Positions 1 to 13,755 of a DNA stretch of 64,000 nt are shown one piece after another. Every line of letters begins with the position of its first letter. The stretch's first letter is position 1. A model generated the notes under the pieces. The model was not told the origin of the DNA. It saw only the letters and a list, made by a program, of their open reading frames with translations, and searched no databases. The translations under genes were made by a program, and so were the position numbers. This DNA comes from Ruditapes philippinarum (lineage: Eukaryota), in contig NW_026862082.1 in assembly GCF_026571515.1 (NCBI RefSeq), positions 62,001 through 126,000 of the forward strand, given 5' to 3'.

Positions 1-1277
1 ATACACACTTGTATTCATTTTTTACTTATGAATATCGTAATCAATATTGTATAGTCTTATTATTATGTAATCACTCGCGTTGTAACAGCATGTTTGCATA
101 TAGACAGTTTAAATATTTTTGTTTATTTGTCAGCACATTTATTTTTTATGCTTACGGAGTTATCATAATAATATTATAAGCGCATTTGTTTCTAAGATAT
201 GCAATAGCAATTCTGAAAAGTTTCATTTTAAAACTGAGGTAAAACCGCTTAATGTAAACATTTTAGATTCAATTTGTGATATAAAACCTTCTTCTTGATG
301 TAACACGTTTCTATGTTAGATATAAAATCAGAATTATCAGCCACTTAAACAGCATGGTGCTCATCCAGTGCATATTTCGCCCCAAAACAAAACACAGCAT
401 GTTAGAGATCAACATTAGATATATGTGGCAGTTTATAGCAAATATATTTTAGAGGAATTTCCTGTAATTTTTGTTTCAACAAAAATAGAATACATATTCA
501 ATAGGATATTGTAATATAGATTGTATCAAAGTGATTTTTATTTTACGAACAGAAAGAGTGACGCAAAAGAATCTGAGTACAATGCCATTATCAAAGGTAA
601 CAATATTAAAGCTTAAAATGCGGATATGTTTTCAGCAAAATATTATATTGAATCAGGAAACGTGATCATTAAAAACGATAATATTTTTTTTTCTGTGTTG
701 TTCATTTTGTACTTTGTTCTGCTTTTTGACATATTTTTTTTGTCTGTAATATTTTAAGAAATTAGGCATTTATTATCTGGTTTGGGAATTAGGTAATAAA
801 GAAATCACTGTCTTTTTTCTTTCTTTTTTAAATATCACATTTTGAAATTTTGTCAAGCTTGCAGACTTTTTTATTCTTCAGTGCATACATCAATCAGATC
901 AAGTCTTTAAGGATTTAATTACCTTTTTCACATTTATAAATTGTGTTACGGCCCCAAAGATAGCAAAAATAATGCATGGATATAAATGAACTCATTTTAT
1001 GATTCAATATTTAAATACACTGTATAGCCCTTCAGAGGTTTTAACATTGCTTTATTTATTTCATCAATATTTTCAAAATTTATGTGAAACATTTCCCAAA
1101 AGCTACTCCAAGGAAACTTGCATGTTTATTCAACAAATGTGTGAATGTTGAAAATTATATATATGTGTGTGCACTTCATTACGATAATATTAGGATTTTT
1201 TTATAATTTGATTAGTAGAAGAAATATTTATTGTTAAGTCAAACGTATACTGCTAAGAACGGTATCCCAACACTAAC

Positions 1278-1719
1278 CTGGTATTGGTGACCAAATATTC
1301 ATAAATAGACAGTGCTCATCCTGATCCTTTAACATTTCCGCTATTTTCATAAACCTTCTTGCACTGCCTTCTGGAAGGGATGCTAGATATTTCACATCAT
1401 TTTGGGGACACACTGCTGAGAAGCGTGTATATTCCTTTACTTGGTTGCCCCAGTTAGCCAAATTACCTGATGTAGGGAAAAATCGAAGAGTATTTCCACG
1501 TGTACCTATAAGTGATCCATATTGAATACCCGAATACCTTTCCACTGAAGCAAGGTTGTAGACATTATCAGGAAATTCAACTTTTACACCACGGATTTTG
1601 CCTATATTAAGCTTAATTAGTCTATCTCCAAGCTGACGCATTGTGACACCGGACATATGACTTTCATAAAAACACAATAAGAAACTAAGCATGCACACTA
1701 TTTTTCTCCTGATATCCAT
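1278..1719 (-). CDS. First coding exon of a neuroligin-like protein (carboxylesterase type B / cholinesterase-like family); the gene continues beyond the left edge of the window
   Basis: The ATG at 1719 sits in an AAAATGG context. The translation MDIRRKIVCMLSFLLCFYESHMSG (signal-peptide-like) ... GKIRG ... VERYSGIQYGS ... LRFFP ... W ... SAVCPQ ... LPEGSARRFMKIAEMLKDQDEHCLFMNIWSP matches the COesterase N-terminal motifs GxxxG, FLGIPYA, LRFxPP, CPQ and SEDCLYLNIxxP. The segment between CPQ and EDCL resembles invertebrate neuroligins. The ORF stop is really a splice donor, CCAG|GTTAGT at 1278/1277 (phase 1). Confidence 0.85.
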
Positions 1720-2330
1720 TTTGATGATAATGATAATTTCACTCACTATACACTTTTATTCCACATGTTATACATTTATATATTTCCACACTTCACTTTT
1801 TTTTGGATCAAACATTTCAAATTTTGAATGATAAAACAACAAATATTTACGTTGTATAATAAAATTGGTATGCTAATTCCATTGCAAATATTCCCCTTCT
1901 CTCGGAGAACATATAATATTTTCTTAGATTATTTCGCTAATAAAACTCATTTTTTGTCATATTAATCATAACACAGAATCGAACTGACGCAGAAAAAATA
2001 TAATAACTTTAACACATTTTAATGAAACTAAGACAAAATTTGCATCTCCCAAAGAAATTCCTTGAATTTTATGTCAAAAGAATGAACGGTTTATATTGCT
2101 TTCAATAAATCACACGGCATCATTCTTTCAAAGAGCTAATTAACTTGAATTAAGAAAGAAATTACATCCAAATACACAAGTTGATGGTTTTAATCTCAAC
2201 AAGCCGAAGCTACCTACATAAATCCAAATAACTTGAAAAGAAACCATAAGTTAATGATACTCCAAGAGGGATTAAGAATTCATTATTAACATAAGTAAGA
2301 TACTCTTAAAACGTTACTATACTCGTTTGC

Positions 2331-2381
2331 CTGCAAATGATGGGGCAACATAAATTGGCAGAAACATAGAGGAGAGAGAAG
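2331..2381 (-). promoter_or_regulatory. Candidate 3' splice site for the neuroligin-like exon (would give ~610 nt of 5'UTR in the same exon)
   Basis: The minus strand reads CTTCTCTCTCCTCTATGTTTCTGCC...CATCATTTGCAG|GCAAAC, a pyrimidine tract followed by TTTGCAG. No transcript evidence. Confidence 0.3.
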
Positions 2382-3290
2382 CTAGTGTATAGTTAACCAC
2401 GTATGTCACTGCGGTGAAGGCAATTCTAGTAATTTCCGATAGAGCATCTGGTCGGTATTATAAACACAGAGAAAATCAAGGAAATCTTGTCGTTTGTGAT
2501 TTTGTTTAATGAATTGTTATAGATCTTATCAATAAAGATATGACTGGAGTGTAACTTCATTTATCAAATGCTCGCGTACTCCTTTTATTAGATAAAGTTT
2601 GGGGAATGTGAATTAGTCGCAAATGTTTTGGGACGGGTCTTCAAATTGATTTGATTTTGAAATTATTAAATGTAGGAATAAATAAATGCGATACACCAGG
2701 GATAGCTTTTGAAGACCGCGCTTGCTTGAACAATGGAACTAAATTGATAGATATAACATGAAGTACGCAATGCTCTTATGTATAATCATTATTTTAATTT
2801 AAAACACACATTGTTCTCAAAGGCATAACAATTGTTGAGAACAATCAATTAATTGAGAAAGATCTGCACCTCTTAGGTATTTAAGTGAGATTTCAAAGAT
2901 AGAACTTGCCAAATGTGAATTGTTGTAAAAAAACGAAACTAGTTTCATTCAATTAATAATCAGACTGCATACTGTGCAATACTTGGATATGTGCACTCGT
3001 TAATAATATCTACTTTATTATATTAAAAAAAGAATTGTTAGGCTACGAATGATTTAGTTTAATTTATATTTGATAATGGATTTTATCGACAAAAACGTCA
3101 TTATTCCATGTGTAAGATACTAATATCTTACGTAAATTGACGAAATGGAATGGAACCGGTATAATGTAACGCCCATTTTAAACAGTCGTGATATACTAAA
3201 TTTGGAAGTGCTCCTCAGTGGTGAAATTATCGCACTAAATCATTTAATACCAACCAAATCGACATGTATTTACGTGTAATCTTATTTTAA

Positions 3291-3583
3291 ACGGTACCGT
3301 TGGACTAGTGGTTAAGGCGTCAGCCTTCGGATCGGGATGTCGAAGGTTCGAGCGCCATGGGAGCGTTAATTGGTAATTGTCGTGGGACTCGTTCCGAAAT
3401 GGCCGCTTCGTGTGCCACGAGGTAGTTAAAATGAATGGTTATCGATTTATATCCGCCTGGCGCCTGGCATAGTGGTAGGAGTTGGGAGGTACATGGTATG
3501 CAAGCAAAAGGTGTCTCATGAGTCAGAAAAGGCTGGCCCTTTCAGTAGGGGTTACAATATAAAAAAGACCTTAACCTTTACCT
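3291..3583 (+). mobile_element. Full-length tRNA-Arg(TCG)-derived SINE (family 1)
   Basis: A box TGGACTAGTGG, tRNA-Arg-like CTTCGGATC anticodon region, B box GGTTCGAGC and an (ACCTTT)n tail. TSD TCTTATTTT at 3280-3288 and 3584-3592. Homologous to 54838-55148 and 62215-62401. Confidence 0.9.
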
Positions 3584-4523
3584 TCTTATTTTCTACCGGT
3601 CATCTAGACCATTGAAAATAATAATTTTCACCTAGCAATAAACGCATCAAATCTCTGGCGTATGCGTTTTAAATAACACTGCACCTTAGATATAACGAAT
3701 CGCTTTGTGAGAGAAGCTGTATTCTAAATATATATGATTTACTTCTCGTTGAAAACAATTATCTCTTGTTTTTCTAAATTGCAGAGCAATATGTATGAAC
3801 AATAATTGTTTCACCTTCTCGTTTTCACACACATAAAACAGCTATGAATGTTCTCTTCACCATAAAACAAACAAATAAATCTGTATATTACCTTGCAAAA
3901 GAACAAAAAGACTAACAAGCAATGCGCCTTGAAGCCAATCGTTTATATACCCTCCTTACATAATGAAAGAATACTATCCGTTAAAATTAGCATTAGCATA
4001 AGCATAACATTGTTATACAATATATACATTATTTCCACATATTTATGTGTATTGTATCTAGAAATGTAAATAACTTTTGTTGTTGTTCTTGTTCTTGTTG
4101 CTCTCACAAATCGTGCGCGCTTACAAATGTATAACATGCACATACATTTCCTTTTGTTTTATGCTTACACTGCAGTTGCTCTGGTTTTAGAAATCCATAT
4201 TTTTTTAAATGTTAATGTAATAGTTTAAGTGCATGTTAGATGTTATACAATATAAACAAAAAATAGCGCTGAATATGCATGAATGTGTCTTAAAGTAATG
4301 TTAACAAAATATGACGTAGTATTTTGATTTTCACACACAATAATCATTCACTAGTGATAATTATACCAGTTGCCAACAGAACTAAAGACGCAAATGATAG
4401 TTCATTTATATAACAATTGAGTGTGCTTTGGAAACTTTAACAAGATACCAAACTATACAAATTGATAACATTTCTGAGGCATAATGGGCCTTTAAATTCA
4501 TACAAATTTTATATTTATTCCGG

Positions 4524-4780
4524 ACAGTTTGCGTGATTAAGACTATCAGATATCGATCTCTCTTTTTTACCGCTATCAACTCTTATCATTTGGAATGTTT
4601 TAAGAGAGGAAGCAACTTGCATTGTTGATCAAGACATCTTTGCTATGTTGTTATATCATATAACTGTCGAAGATAATTATTTCTCTTTCATTAAGTGTGC
4701 AATTTTGTCTAGGTTTCTTATAGGTAATTGCGAAGTATAGAAAACGGAATAAAAAATTGGCAATCAAATATGACTGATTT
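4524..4780 (+). repeat. Module A, representative copy (core GCTATGTTGTTATA-nnn-TATAACTGTCAAAGATAATTATTTCT)
   Basis: The core recurs, always on the + strand, at ~4640, 5915, 10570, 12935, 19030, 24885, 27580 and 32218. Degenerate copies lie at ~15870, 22290, 38495 and 55600, and 3' tails at ~7490 and ~8737. Confidence 0.8.
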
Positions 4781-6739
4781 AGTATAATTGTATTACATAA
4801 AACGTTAAGGGTATTTCTGACATAGTCGAATCATTCTTTTTGTAAACACGTGCAATACATTCCGGACATGGATATAAATCAAAACAATTTCAACTTCTCA
4901 TAAAATTAATTTTCGTATACAGAGCACTTAAAAAGAAGGTTTCTTTAATGAGAAAATTATGTGAATGTATGTACATGACAAGATCATGCAAGTCATGGCA
5001 TTCAACTTAAATATAAATGTACTTTATATCACTCGTGCGTGACATGTAAACAATAGAAAATTGCACGACACAGGTGCTGATGCGATTTTCCTTATTATAT
5101 TGTTAGATATTTCATCATAACAGGTGTTAACAAATATATATAACATTTGGAAAAAAAAGAAAAAACATGCGGAAGAAATAGCACTAAAGGGCAATTGCAG
5201 AGTCGGCTTGATTGAGTCTGTTCATTGGGAATAATGCATAAAGATAAGATCTAACTGTGTTTGATATTCATTTGTTGCTTTCATCACAAAATTTCATATT
5301 TTTTATGCATAATGTATTCAAAACTATATCTTATTAAAAGCCGCGCAAGTTTTGATATAATTGCTATCGAAATAAAAACGAAATTTTGGAAGCCAACAAA
5401 ACCTTACGGAAAAGAATTTCATTTATTCATTTTATGGCACAAAATCAATTGTTCGTTGTAAAATTGTGCAGTCCAGTTTGCACCATGACGCATTAGTCAT
5501 ATATATGTGTATTCATTATAATCATGTAATGATGACCATTTGAATTAGAAATATCCACAGATATGTTCATACGGATGTTATCCTTGAACGAATGTGTGTG
5601 CTCTAAACGAAATGAACAGTGTGCAGAACCACATAACACGTAATTAATTTAAAAAAGGTTAGAAAAGGTTACAAGCTTTGCACTATTTACTAAATGACCG
5701 AATATACAAGCGCAGTTTAAACGACATGCAAATATGAGGAAACTAATTACACGCACTATTATGTCTGAGTTGACAGCAGTAAATCAAAGGACGTCATAAA
5801 AATAAGATACCAGCTAGATGTTTATCATGGATCTATTCTTTTTACATCATGTTATTAATTCCTACCACTTGGAAGACTTTTGGTAGAGGAAACAACTTGT
5901 AGGTTGAATAACGCGACCTTGCTATGTTGTTATTTCGTTAACTGTCAAACTAAATTATTTCTCTTTCTTTTATTATAGTGCAATTCTGTCTAGGTTTCCT
6001 ATAGGTAATTGTGAAGTACAGAAAAACGAAATAAGACAATACCAATGAAATATGACTGTCTTTTTTACTATTTTTGTCTTAGGTTAACGTTTTTTTTGCA
6101 ATTTCTTTTACAGTCATATTTTCTATCATAATTGTAAAGTCATTCCATTATGTGTTCTATATACAATGTTATTATGTCCAAAGATATAATTATGTTTATG
6201 TTTATCTGTATGTTACTACACTCAGATGATACGGACATTCAAATACATAAAAAATAATTTGAAGTATAAAACTATTTGCTTAAGAACATCTGTTGGTTTT
6301 ACAGCGTCGTTGTCACAATTTATTATATATATAAATTATCGTAACAACATAAAAATCAGGATAATACGTATGAGCTATGATAACTGACATATACTTCAGT
6401 CACATTCGATCTATTTTTGTGAACAGCACCATATGCCGGACATGTCTCTGCAATTTTGAATTTATGAAGGTTAAAATATTATTCAAAGCTATTTTCATGT
6501 TAAGGGGAGAACACAAAATACTCATAGAAAACCACTCGGAAATGTGATAAAGTTTGATTTGCCTTGATATATCCAACTGGCGTTTAAATAACATTTTGCT
6601 TTTGAATCTATCAAAATGTCCTGCTTCGTAATGCGCTGACGAGTAACATTAGCATTAAGCTTATGGGTTACAAAGAAAAAATATAAGGATATTGGCAAAC
6701 ATGATGAATGTAGTCAATAGGAATGTTTGTGCGAGTCGA

Positions 6740-6740
<1 letters not shown>

Positions 6741-6785
<45 letters not shown>

Positions 6786-6788
6786 TAT
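6741..6788. repeat. (TTA)n microsatellite
   Basis: Direct reading. A similar degenerate tract lies at 26757-26812. Confidence 0.95.
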
Positions 6789-7487
6789 GTAGCCTAAGGG
6801 TAATCTAGTTGAAGAAAAATCATCCCATCCGACCTATTTGCCGTTACTAAACACCGTCATTTTCAAAAGTTGTGTATTTGACGGGTGAAAAATAATTGTG
6901 TTCGATTCAGAGGGATATCATTTGATTGTGTTAGTGATACATACTTTAATAAAAAAAACATGTTTTTTTTTTAGGATTGTTACAGACAATAAATAATGGT
7001 TCACAGACAATCAAGAAGGAATTCGGAAAACATTGTTGCAAGGCTGTATTTCGAACATATATATCTTTTATTCCTCCATTGAATGAAGAGCAGAACGAAC
7101 ATCAATAAATATCACATATATATACAAAATTGCGACAATCCAACATACATAATACAGTAGTATGCCAACAAACTATCTTTCAAACTACACAAATGTATTT
7201 AACTACACACATACTGGGTTGTTTACTTATTCTTCGGGCTGATGACTGTCATGGTTTTGTTGTTGTTTTTTTCTTCAAATTTTCATAATGCATAATTTAG
7301 TTAATGGTCATAGGATACTTAAACATGTCCCAATGTCATCAATAGTAGTTTTGCATGTGGCAGGTACTGTATTTTTCAGACTGTAAAAATGAAATCAAAA
7401 ATATAAAGACGATATTTGGTGATTGGTCATATGAATGAATTGGAGTAAGATTTTTTTTCTTTTTATTACTTTTGAAATGAAAGTAGG

Positions 7488-9880
7488 GAAAATGTTACAA
7501 GTAAAATGGCAATGAAATATGACTGTTTTAGTATCTTATTACAAAAGCATTACAAATACTTTTTCTTTCAGATTTACAGATGTATTCATATTGTAAATAT
7601 ATGCTGTGTATATGCACGTCATTGTAAGAGCTCCGACATACTGTTTATTTGACCGCCTAAAAATGTTTAGTTAGAGTGTCTTTTTGAAACTATTTTCACA
7701 ACACAATATACTGTTTGTTGCAATATATGTTGTCCTTACTTCATACATATTGCCCATAGCATCAAATACTTTACATGGACAATTAAATTAACAACACTAG
7801 ACGAGCAAATCTTGATAACGTTCATAATATTACGACAAGGTTCAGTCGACTTCAAATAAACTACTTAATTAATACAGTTAAATATGTCCTTTAACAAAAT
7901 TGTCCTAATAGTACACGTTTTAAAAGGTAATAATTTTGACATTTTCAGATAATTTCGTCGTCTTTGAATTACTGTCGGTAGACGTGACTTTTATTTTGAA
8001 ACGATTTTACATCATTTTGATTTAAATGTAGGTTTAGAAATTTTTCATTTGATTTTCCAATATTACAGCTGTATTTGCATAAATAAAGATCCTCCACTTA
8101 ATACTAGTACTCTCCTTAAAAAGGGATTTTAGTATTAGTACTTAATTTAAAACAATAGTTTTGCATACGTTTTCGTGCATATATCTGTAGCAAGTGTCAT
8201 GCATTCGTTATGCATTGATAAAATACATTGACAGAGAGAGTAAGTGAAATTTATAAAGGATAATGGAATGAACATGGAAGGGTACTTCTGTATCTATCGG
8301 ATCTAAATGAGTTTAAATTTTAAAATGTCTTTAGAAAGAAGTACTCTAAGAATAATGCCGGATTTAAGCGTAAATTCGATTGAAAAAGACAATTCAACAA
8401 CTTGCATGCATTGCGACCATGGTTGTAGAAAGCGCACGTTTTACATCTCGTATTACCAAAATATATTCTACAACATGTCGAAGAAGTTATATCTCCACGG
8501 ACTTATAAACCCGTGGAAGTGAAGAATCAGGTCTTGAACAATGATTTGTAATGTTTTTGAAAAAAAGTTTTTAAATGTTCTTCTCATTTTGAAGAAAAAC
8601 ATGAAGATTTTTTTTCTTTTTTCATAGTTTGCACGGACAACTCTATTCCTGTCCACTACGGTGATGAACTCCATGATTTACATTTACTTTTGTTATTCAA
8701 ACGATTTTTATAGCTATCAGTAGTTGCGAAGTGTACGAAAATGTTACAAGTAAAATGGCAATGAAACATGACTGTTTAAGTATTATATTACAAACGCATT
8801 ACAAATACATTTTATTTCAGATTAACAGATGTATGCATATTGTATATATATGCTACATTTATGTAAATGCATGTAATTGAAAGAGCTCCGACATATTGTT
8901 TATTTGACCGCCTAATGATGTATAGTTAGAGTGTCTTTTCGAAACTATTATCACAACACAATTCACTGATTGATTCAATATATGTTGTCCATACACCATA
9001 CATATTGCCCATAGCATGAACTTTACATGGACAATTAAATAAACAACACAAGACGAGCAAATCTCGATAAAGTTCATAATATTACGACAAGGTTCAGTCG
9101 CCTTCAAATATACTACTTAATACAGTTAAATTAAAATTATGTCCTTTAACAAAATTGTCCTTATAGTACACGTTTTAAAAGGTAATATTTTTGACATTTT
9201 CAGATAATTGTGTCGTCTCTGAATTACTGTCGGAAGATGTGACTATTATTTTGAAATGATTTTACATCATTTTGATTTAAATGTAGGTTTAGAAATTTTC
9301 ATTTGATTTTCACTATTAGTGCTCTATTTGCATATTAATAAAGATATTCTACCGAATACTCTCCTATAAAAGGCGATTTTAGTCTGATGTCCTTAATTTA
9401 TAAAAATTGTTTTACATACGTGTTCGTGCATAGATATGTCGCAAGTGTCATGCATTCGTTATGCATTGATAAAATACATTGACAGAGAGAGTATGTGAAA
9501 TTTATAAAGGATGATGGAATAAACATGGAAGGGTACTTCTGTTTCTATCGGATCTAAATAAGTTTGAATTTTAAAATGTCTTTAGAAATAAGTACTTCGT
9601 ATAGGAATAATGCCGGATTTAAGCGTAAATTCGATTGAAAAAGAAAATTCAACAACTTGCATACATTGCGACCATGGTTTTAGAAAGTGCATGTTTTACA
9701 TCTCGTATTACTAAAATATATTCTTCAACATATCGAAGAATGAATTTATTCCTCCACGGACTAACAAACCCCTGGAAAATAACATTTAGTTCTTGAAAAA
9801 TGATCTGATATAATTAAATTTTCTTCACATTTTAAAGAAAAACACGAAGAATTTTTTTCACTTTCATAGTTTAAACGGAC
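7488..9880 (+). repeat. Tandem duplication with a ~1.25 kb period (7488-8639 and 8737-9880)
   Basis: Both units start GAAAATGTTACAAGTAAAATGGCAATGAAA, end TTTCATAGTTT..ACGGACA, and are colinear throughout. Confidence 0.92.
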
Positions 9881-10975
9881 ACCTCAAAGGACTGTAGCAA
9901 AGTGTGTGCATCTGTCATTGAAAATCAATTTAATCTGAACTAAGACTACCTGATAATTAGGACAAAAGTCTACTAACAAACTTTTTGATATCAATCCTTA
10001 ACAAACAAAAATATATATATAAAAATAACAATCACTATCATTTCGTAACCGTCATGATCAACTTATTCTTCTTAAATGTAGAGTACGACTCACTAAGTAA
10101 CGCATGTTAACCCTTTAACAAGAGACGATGCTCCATTTATACAACCATTTTGTATAAATAGTAATGAATTGTTTACTGCCAAACATTTCCTTCTCGTATT
10201 ATATTATTTATATATACAACACGTGCGCCAAGATTTGCAGATTTTGTTTACGGACAATATGGAACTGCTTTACACTGTTTTCAAGTCAATAATGTATTCA
10301 GTTGTGACATTATTTACTAGATACGGTCATACAATTTAAACCAAACCTTCAATAAAGTTAAGCAAAACGATTCTTGTAGCCTGTTACGGTTTTGAAAAAT
10401 GGCAATTCGTTGATTAACGAAAATCCTTTGAAATCGATTTACACATCGTTTATCCTGAATTGAGACAGTTTGCGTGATTCAAGCTTTCAGTTTCCTCGTT
10501 ATAACTATTAATTCTTATCCAAAAGAAGTTTTTGTAGGAGAGGAAACAACTTGTACGTTCATCAATGCGATCTTGCTTTCTTGTTATATCGTATAACTGT
10601 CAAAGATGATTATTTCTTTTTCTTTGATTGTGTAATTTTGTCTTGGATTCATGTAGGTATTTGCTAAGCAATGTATTACTTTTAAGAAGTTTTTTCCCTA
10701 CAAAAACTCATTTTCTAGCTTATCACTTTGTAGATTTCTGTTTTTTACATATGTGTACATATTTTCATTTCAAACGCTAGTCTTTTTTTTCAAAGCTTAT
10801 AATGAGGGTATAATGTTTGAGTCAGCCAATTCGGTTTATATGAATTTGTACTTATTATTGTATTGACAATGTCTTTGTTAAGTTATAAAATGCCTAAAAA
10901 TTCATTTTACAGCTAGACATAACGGTTATATTCGACATATATATTCGAGATCACTGTTTCCAGAACTTTTGATTG

Positions 10976-11110
10976 TCGCTCAAGCCAGTGTAAGGGCTGC
11001 GTGAAGGATGTTGCACTTTTTTATAATCTCTCATGTACAGACTAAATTAAACATAGTCTGCAATTTTCATGTAATTTGAAGTTTTAATGCTTTCGTGGGA
11101 TCACCTTTTC
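10976..11110 (+). repeat. Module C, representative short copy (double stem-loop element)
   Basis: Homologues on + at ~27930 (3' fragment), 30500-30845, 32438-32580, 41509-42059, 43762-43895, 47960-48433 and 59245-59380. Homologues on - at ~30155-30260, 47320-47415, 61280-61390 and 63360-63525. Confidence 0.8.
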
Positions 11111-11641
11111 CCAGATATATTCACATTGTTTTCGAACATTTACTTGTTTATTTATTTCAGTATGAGCGTGATGAGATTCAACACGTCGAGTATACTGATA
11201 TTTTATATCATATTATTGTATGCCGTTTAGACAAAAATCATGCATTACTTTTGCTGCTATACCTGTTTATATCAATATTAAATTTATAGCAAAACTGGAT
11301 TTTTCATAAAAAATATATATATTCTTAACCCCGAGTGTACTGTTTTTTTGATAAACTGTCCATGCATTTTAAACACAAATACATGTAAATTGTAATTCCT
11401 TGCAACAGCACACGCACTGGATCCTAGATCGTTTTATACGCTGTTAAGCAGCATGTTAACACTCGTAAAAGTGCTATGAATATTTCTTTCATGAGAGGGA
11501 AACGAAAACTCAACAAAATATGCAACAATTCTGCTGGAATGAGTTATCTGATGTTTCTTCCTTGGCATTAACAATCAATTATAACAACATTAACATTCAT
11601 TTGGATAGTTAAAATTATTGTTGACACTTTATATCATTTAA

Positions 11642-12253
11642 CCTTTTACCCAATGAGCATATTGCAAAAAATGGCCGTTTTCATTGAAAAGCCTCCTGTA
11701 ACAAGTTCAAACTGCTATGAAACTATGAAAAATGCTTCAATACTGATGAAACTTGGCAAAAATGTTGACTACACCATAGCCTCTGTAACAGCATGCTCAA
11801 TCGTAAATTTCCCGTTACCATAGCAACGGGGGGACGTCTCAAAATTGCCAAAAATCACTATTTTGCATTGGTGTTTTTTCATCAAAACTGATTTCAAAGT
11901 GCTGCAACTTCTCAATAAATTGAGATAGAGAAAAAGGCTTTTCAGCGTCGGTCACTAGTTACCCTTAGATCGACCTGAGGCCATTTTTAACCTGTCACAT
12001 GTGCAAAATTTTCTTAGCGATGAGGGGGACTCCGCCCCCCTTCAAACCTCCCAAACAGAAGGGGGCACATCCCCCTTCTGGCAACATTTGGATGGGGGAC
12101 GGCGCCGAAAAAATGGTCACTTTTTTTAACAACATTTCTCAAACGAAAACCAGTGTTTGGGGCCTAAATAGGGTATTTTTTTACTGTTTGAGGCCTCAAA
12201 AAAGGGGGAGGGGGGCAAAAAGCCGTCGAAACACGCTTATATGAGGGAAAAGG
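11642..12253. mobile_element. Non-autonomous piggyBac-type DNA transposon (MITE)
   Basis: TTAA at 11638-11641 and 12254-12257 flank imperfect TIRs CCTTTTACCCAATGAGC ... GCTTATATGAGGGAAAAGG. The element is GC-richer than its flanks and has no transposase ORF. Confidence 0.8.
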
Positions 12254-12305
12254 TTAATATGGTATTCTTCCGGTTTTTGTATTAAAATGAAAATGTTGTG
12301 TCGTA

Positions 12306-12420
12306 ACAGAACAGAACAGAAACTTTATTATTGAAATTGTACAAAATACATCGTGTTACACAATACAATCAATTTAATATATTTTAATATAAGTCACATT
12401 ACATAATAATATCATAACAA
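12306..12420 (-). mobile_element. Probable 3' remnant of a non-LTR retrotransposon
   Basis: The minus strand reads AATAAAGTTTCTGTTCTGTTCTGT, a polyA signal followed by a short tandem-repeat tail. The 5' extent is uncertain. Confidence 0.4.
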
Positions 12421-13675
12421 GACAGATTCGTGTTTTAGCTCCCTCAACTAACAAGTGTATGCATTATTAATGTTCATAAAAAAGTTTGTGTAAACGCTAT
12501 TTTTCATTGCGAACGTTTACTTCAAATAAGGGATAAAAACTTTCATTCAAGGTTTAATTATAATAAGTTCAATATAGTACAAATATATTTATTCATACAT
12601 TCCAATAAAATAAAATGGTTTCAATCCCATATGAGTGCAAATTATTGCAAACTTCAAACTGTTGCAAAATATTTCGTCTTCTTTTTTATTTTTGCTATAC
12701 AATTTCTGTATTTTCGATTCAAAACAGGGAGGTCTTTCATGCAATATAGTTATTCAATACTTTATTTATAATAATCAAAAACCATGTGCGTTTTTAAAAT
12801 TGCAAAGGAACTAAAGGTTTTATTTTGGAGAACATGAAACAGTTTGCGTGATTCAAACTTTCAGTTTTGACTTGTTCACTTTACAAATGTTATACAAAGG
12901 AAGGAGATAGAAAACCATGTGCGTTCATCAACGCGACCCTGCCATGTTATTTTGTCATATAAATGTCAGAGATAATTATTTCTTTTTCCTATATAGTGCA
13001 ATTATGTCTAGAATTCCTATAGATAATGGAATGTGGTAAATTACATCGATATATCAGCGTGTATTGTATAAGCCTTTCTATTTCAAATATCCTGAAACTG
13101 TTGAATATTTAAAGTTTGTAACGCTAATAAAAAATTTAAAACTCGACATTCTATTGTTTAAGAAACTATCAAGCATAGATTGATATGACTTCTTCTACAG
13201 CAAATAAAAAAATCTCCAACACATGATTTTTCTTTACGATTGTCATCATTAAACTTATCTCTTGCTTACAATAAAATATACTTTAAAATTACCTCGGATA
13301 TGGAGCAAGTCGCATTTGTGATCAGATACAAAACATAATGCTTATGATAAAAGCTATTAATTCGGATAATGAATTTTACAAAGAAAATCCGTTGTTGAAT
13401 AAAAGATGATAGTTCTTTACCAACATAAATATAAACCCTATCAATAACTTTAGAAAGTCCTGAAGAAAATTTACTTGCCATTGGATGCATTTTTAACTTT
13501 ATCAGTATGATTAACGAAATATAATTCTAAGCAATTAATGACCACATTTCTACAATTATATATGAAAGTTCTTGCCATGTACATTGTGCATACTTTCGGC
13601 ATATCTTGTATAAGAAAAGTTAACATTCTTCGGGAAATCGAGATCAAACTTTGAACCTTTTTTATTCGTCTTACC

Positions 13676-13755
13676 GGCGTTTACATAGTTTTTCGCGCAT
13701 GAATCTGTCACAAGTGTCATGTCTTGTTATGCATTGACGAATTACATTGGCAGAC
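13676..13755 (+). repeat. Module B, representative copy (GGCGTTTACATAGTTTTTCGCGCATGAATCTGTCACAAGTGTCATGTC...TTACATTGGCAGAC)
   Basis: Copies, all on +, at 8158-8235, 9409-9485, 13676-13755, 15573-15652, 20368-20447, 22016-22095, 22898-22972 and 25517-25596. Confidence 0.85.

Noticed and set aside
1720-1746. ORF-track start at 1746 for the neuroligin-like ORF
   Set aside because: It is a GTG. The ATG at 1719 has good context and directly precedes the signal-peptide-like segment.
4700-4735. TTTCTTATAG|GTAATT in module A as a recursive splice site or micro-exon
   Set aside because: The AG|GT is present in only about three copies, is lost in the others, and lies on the strand opposite the only gene.
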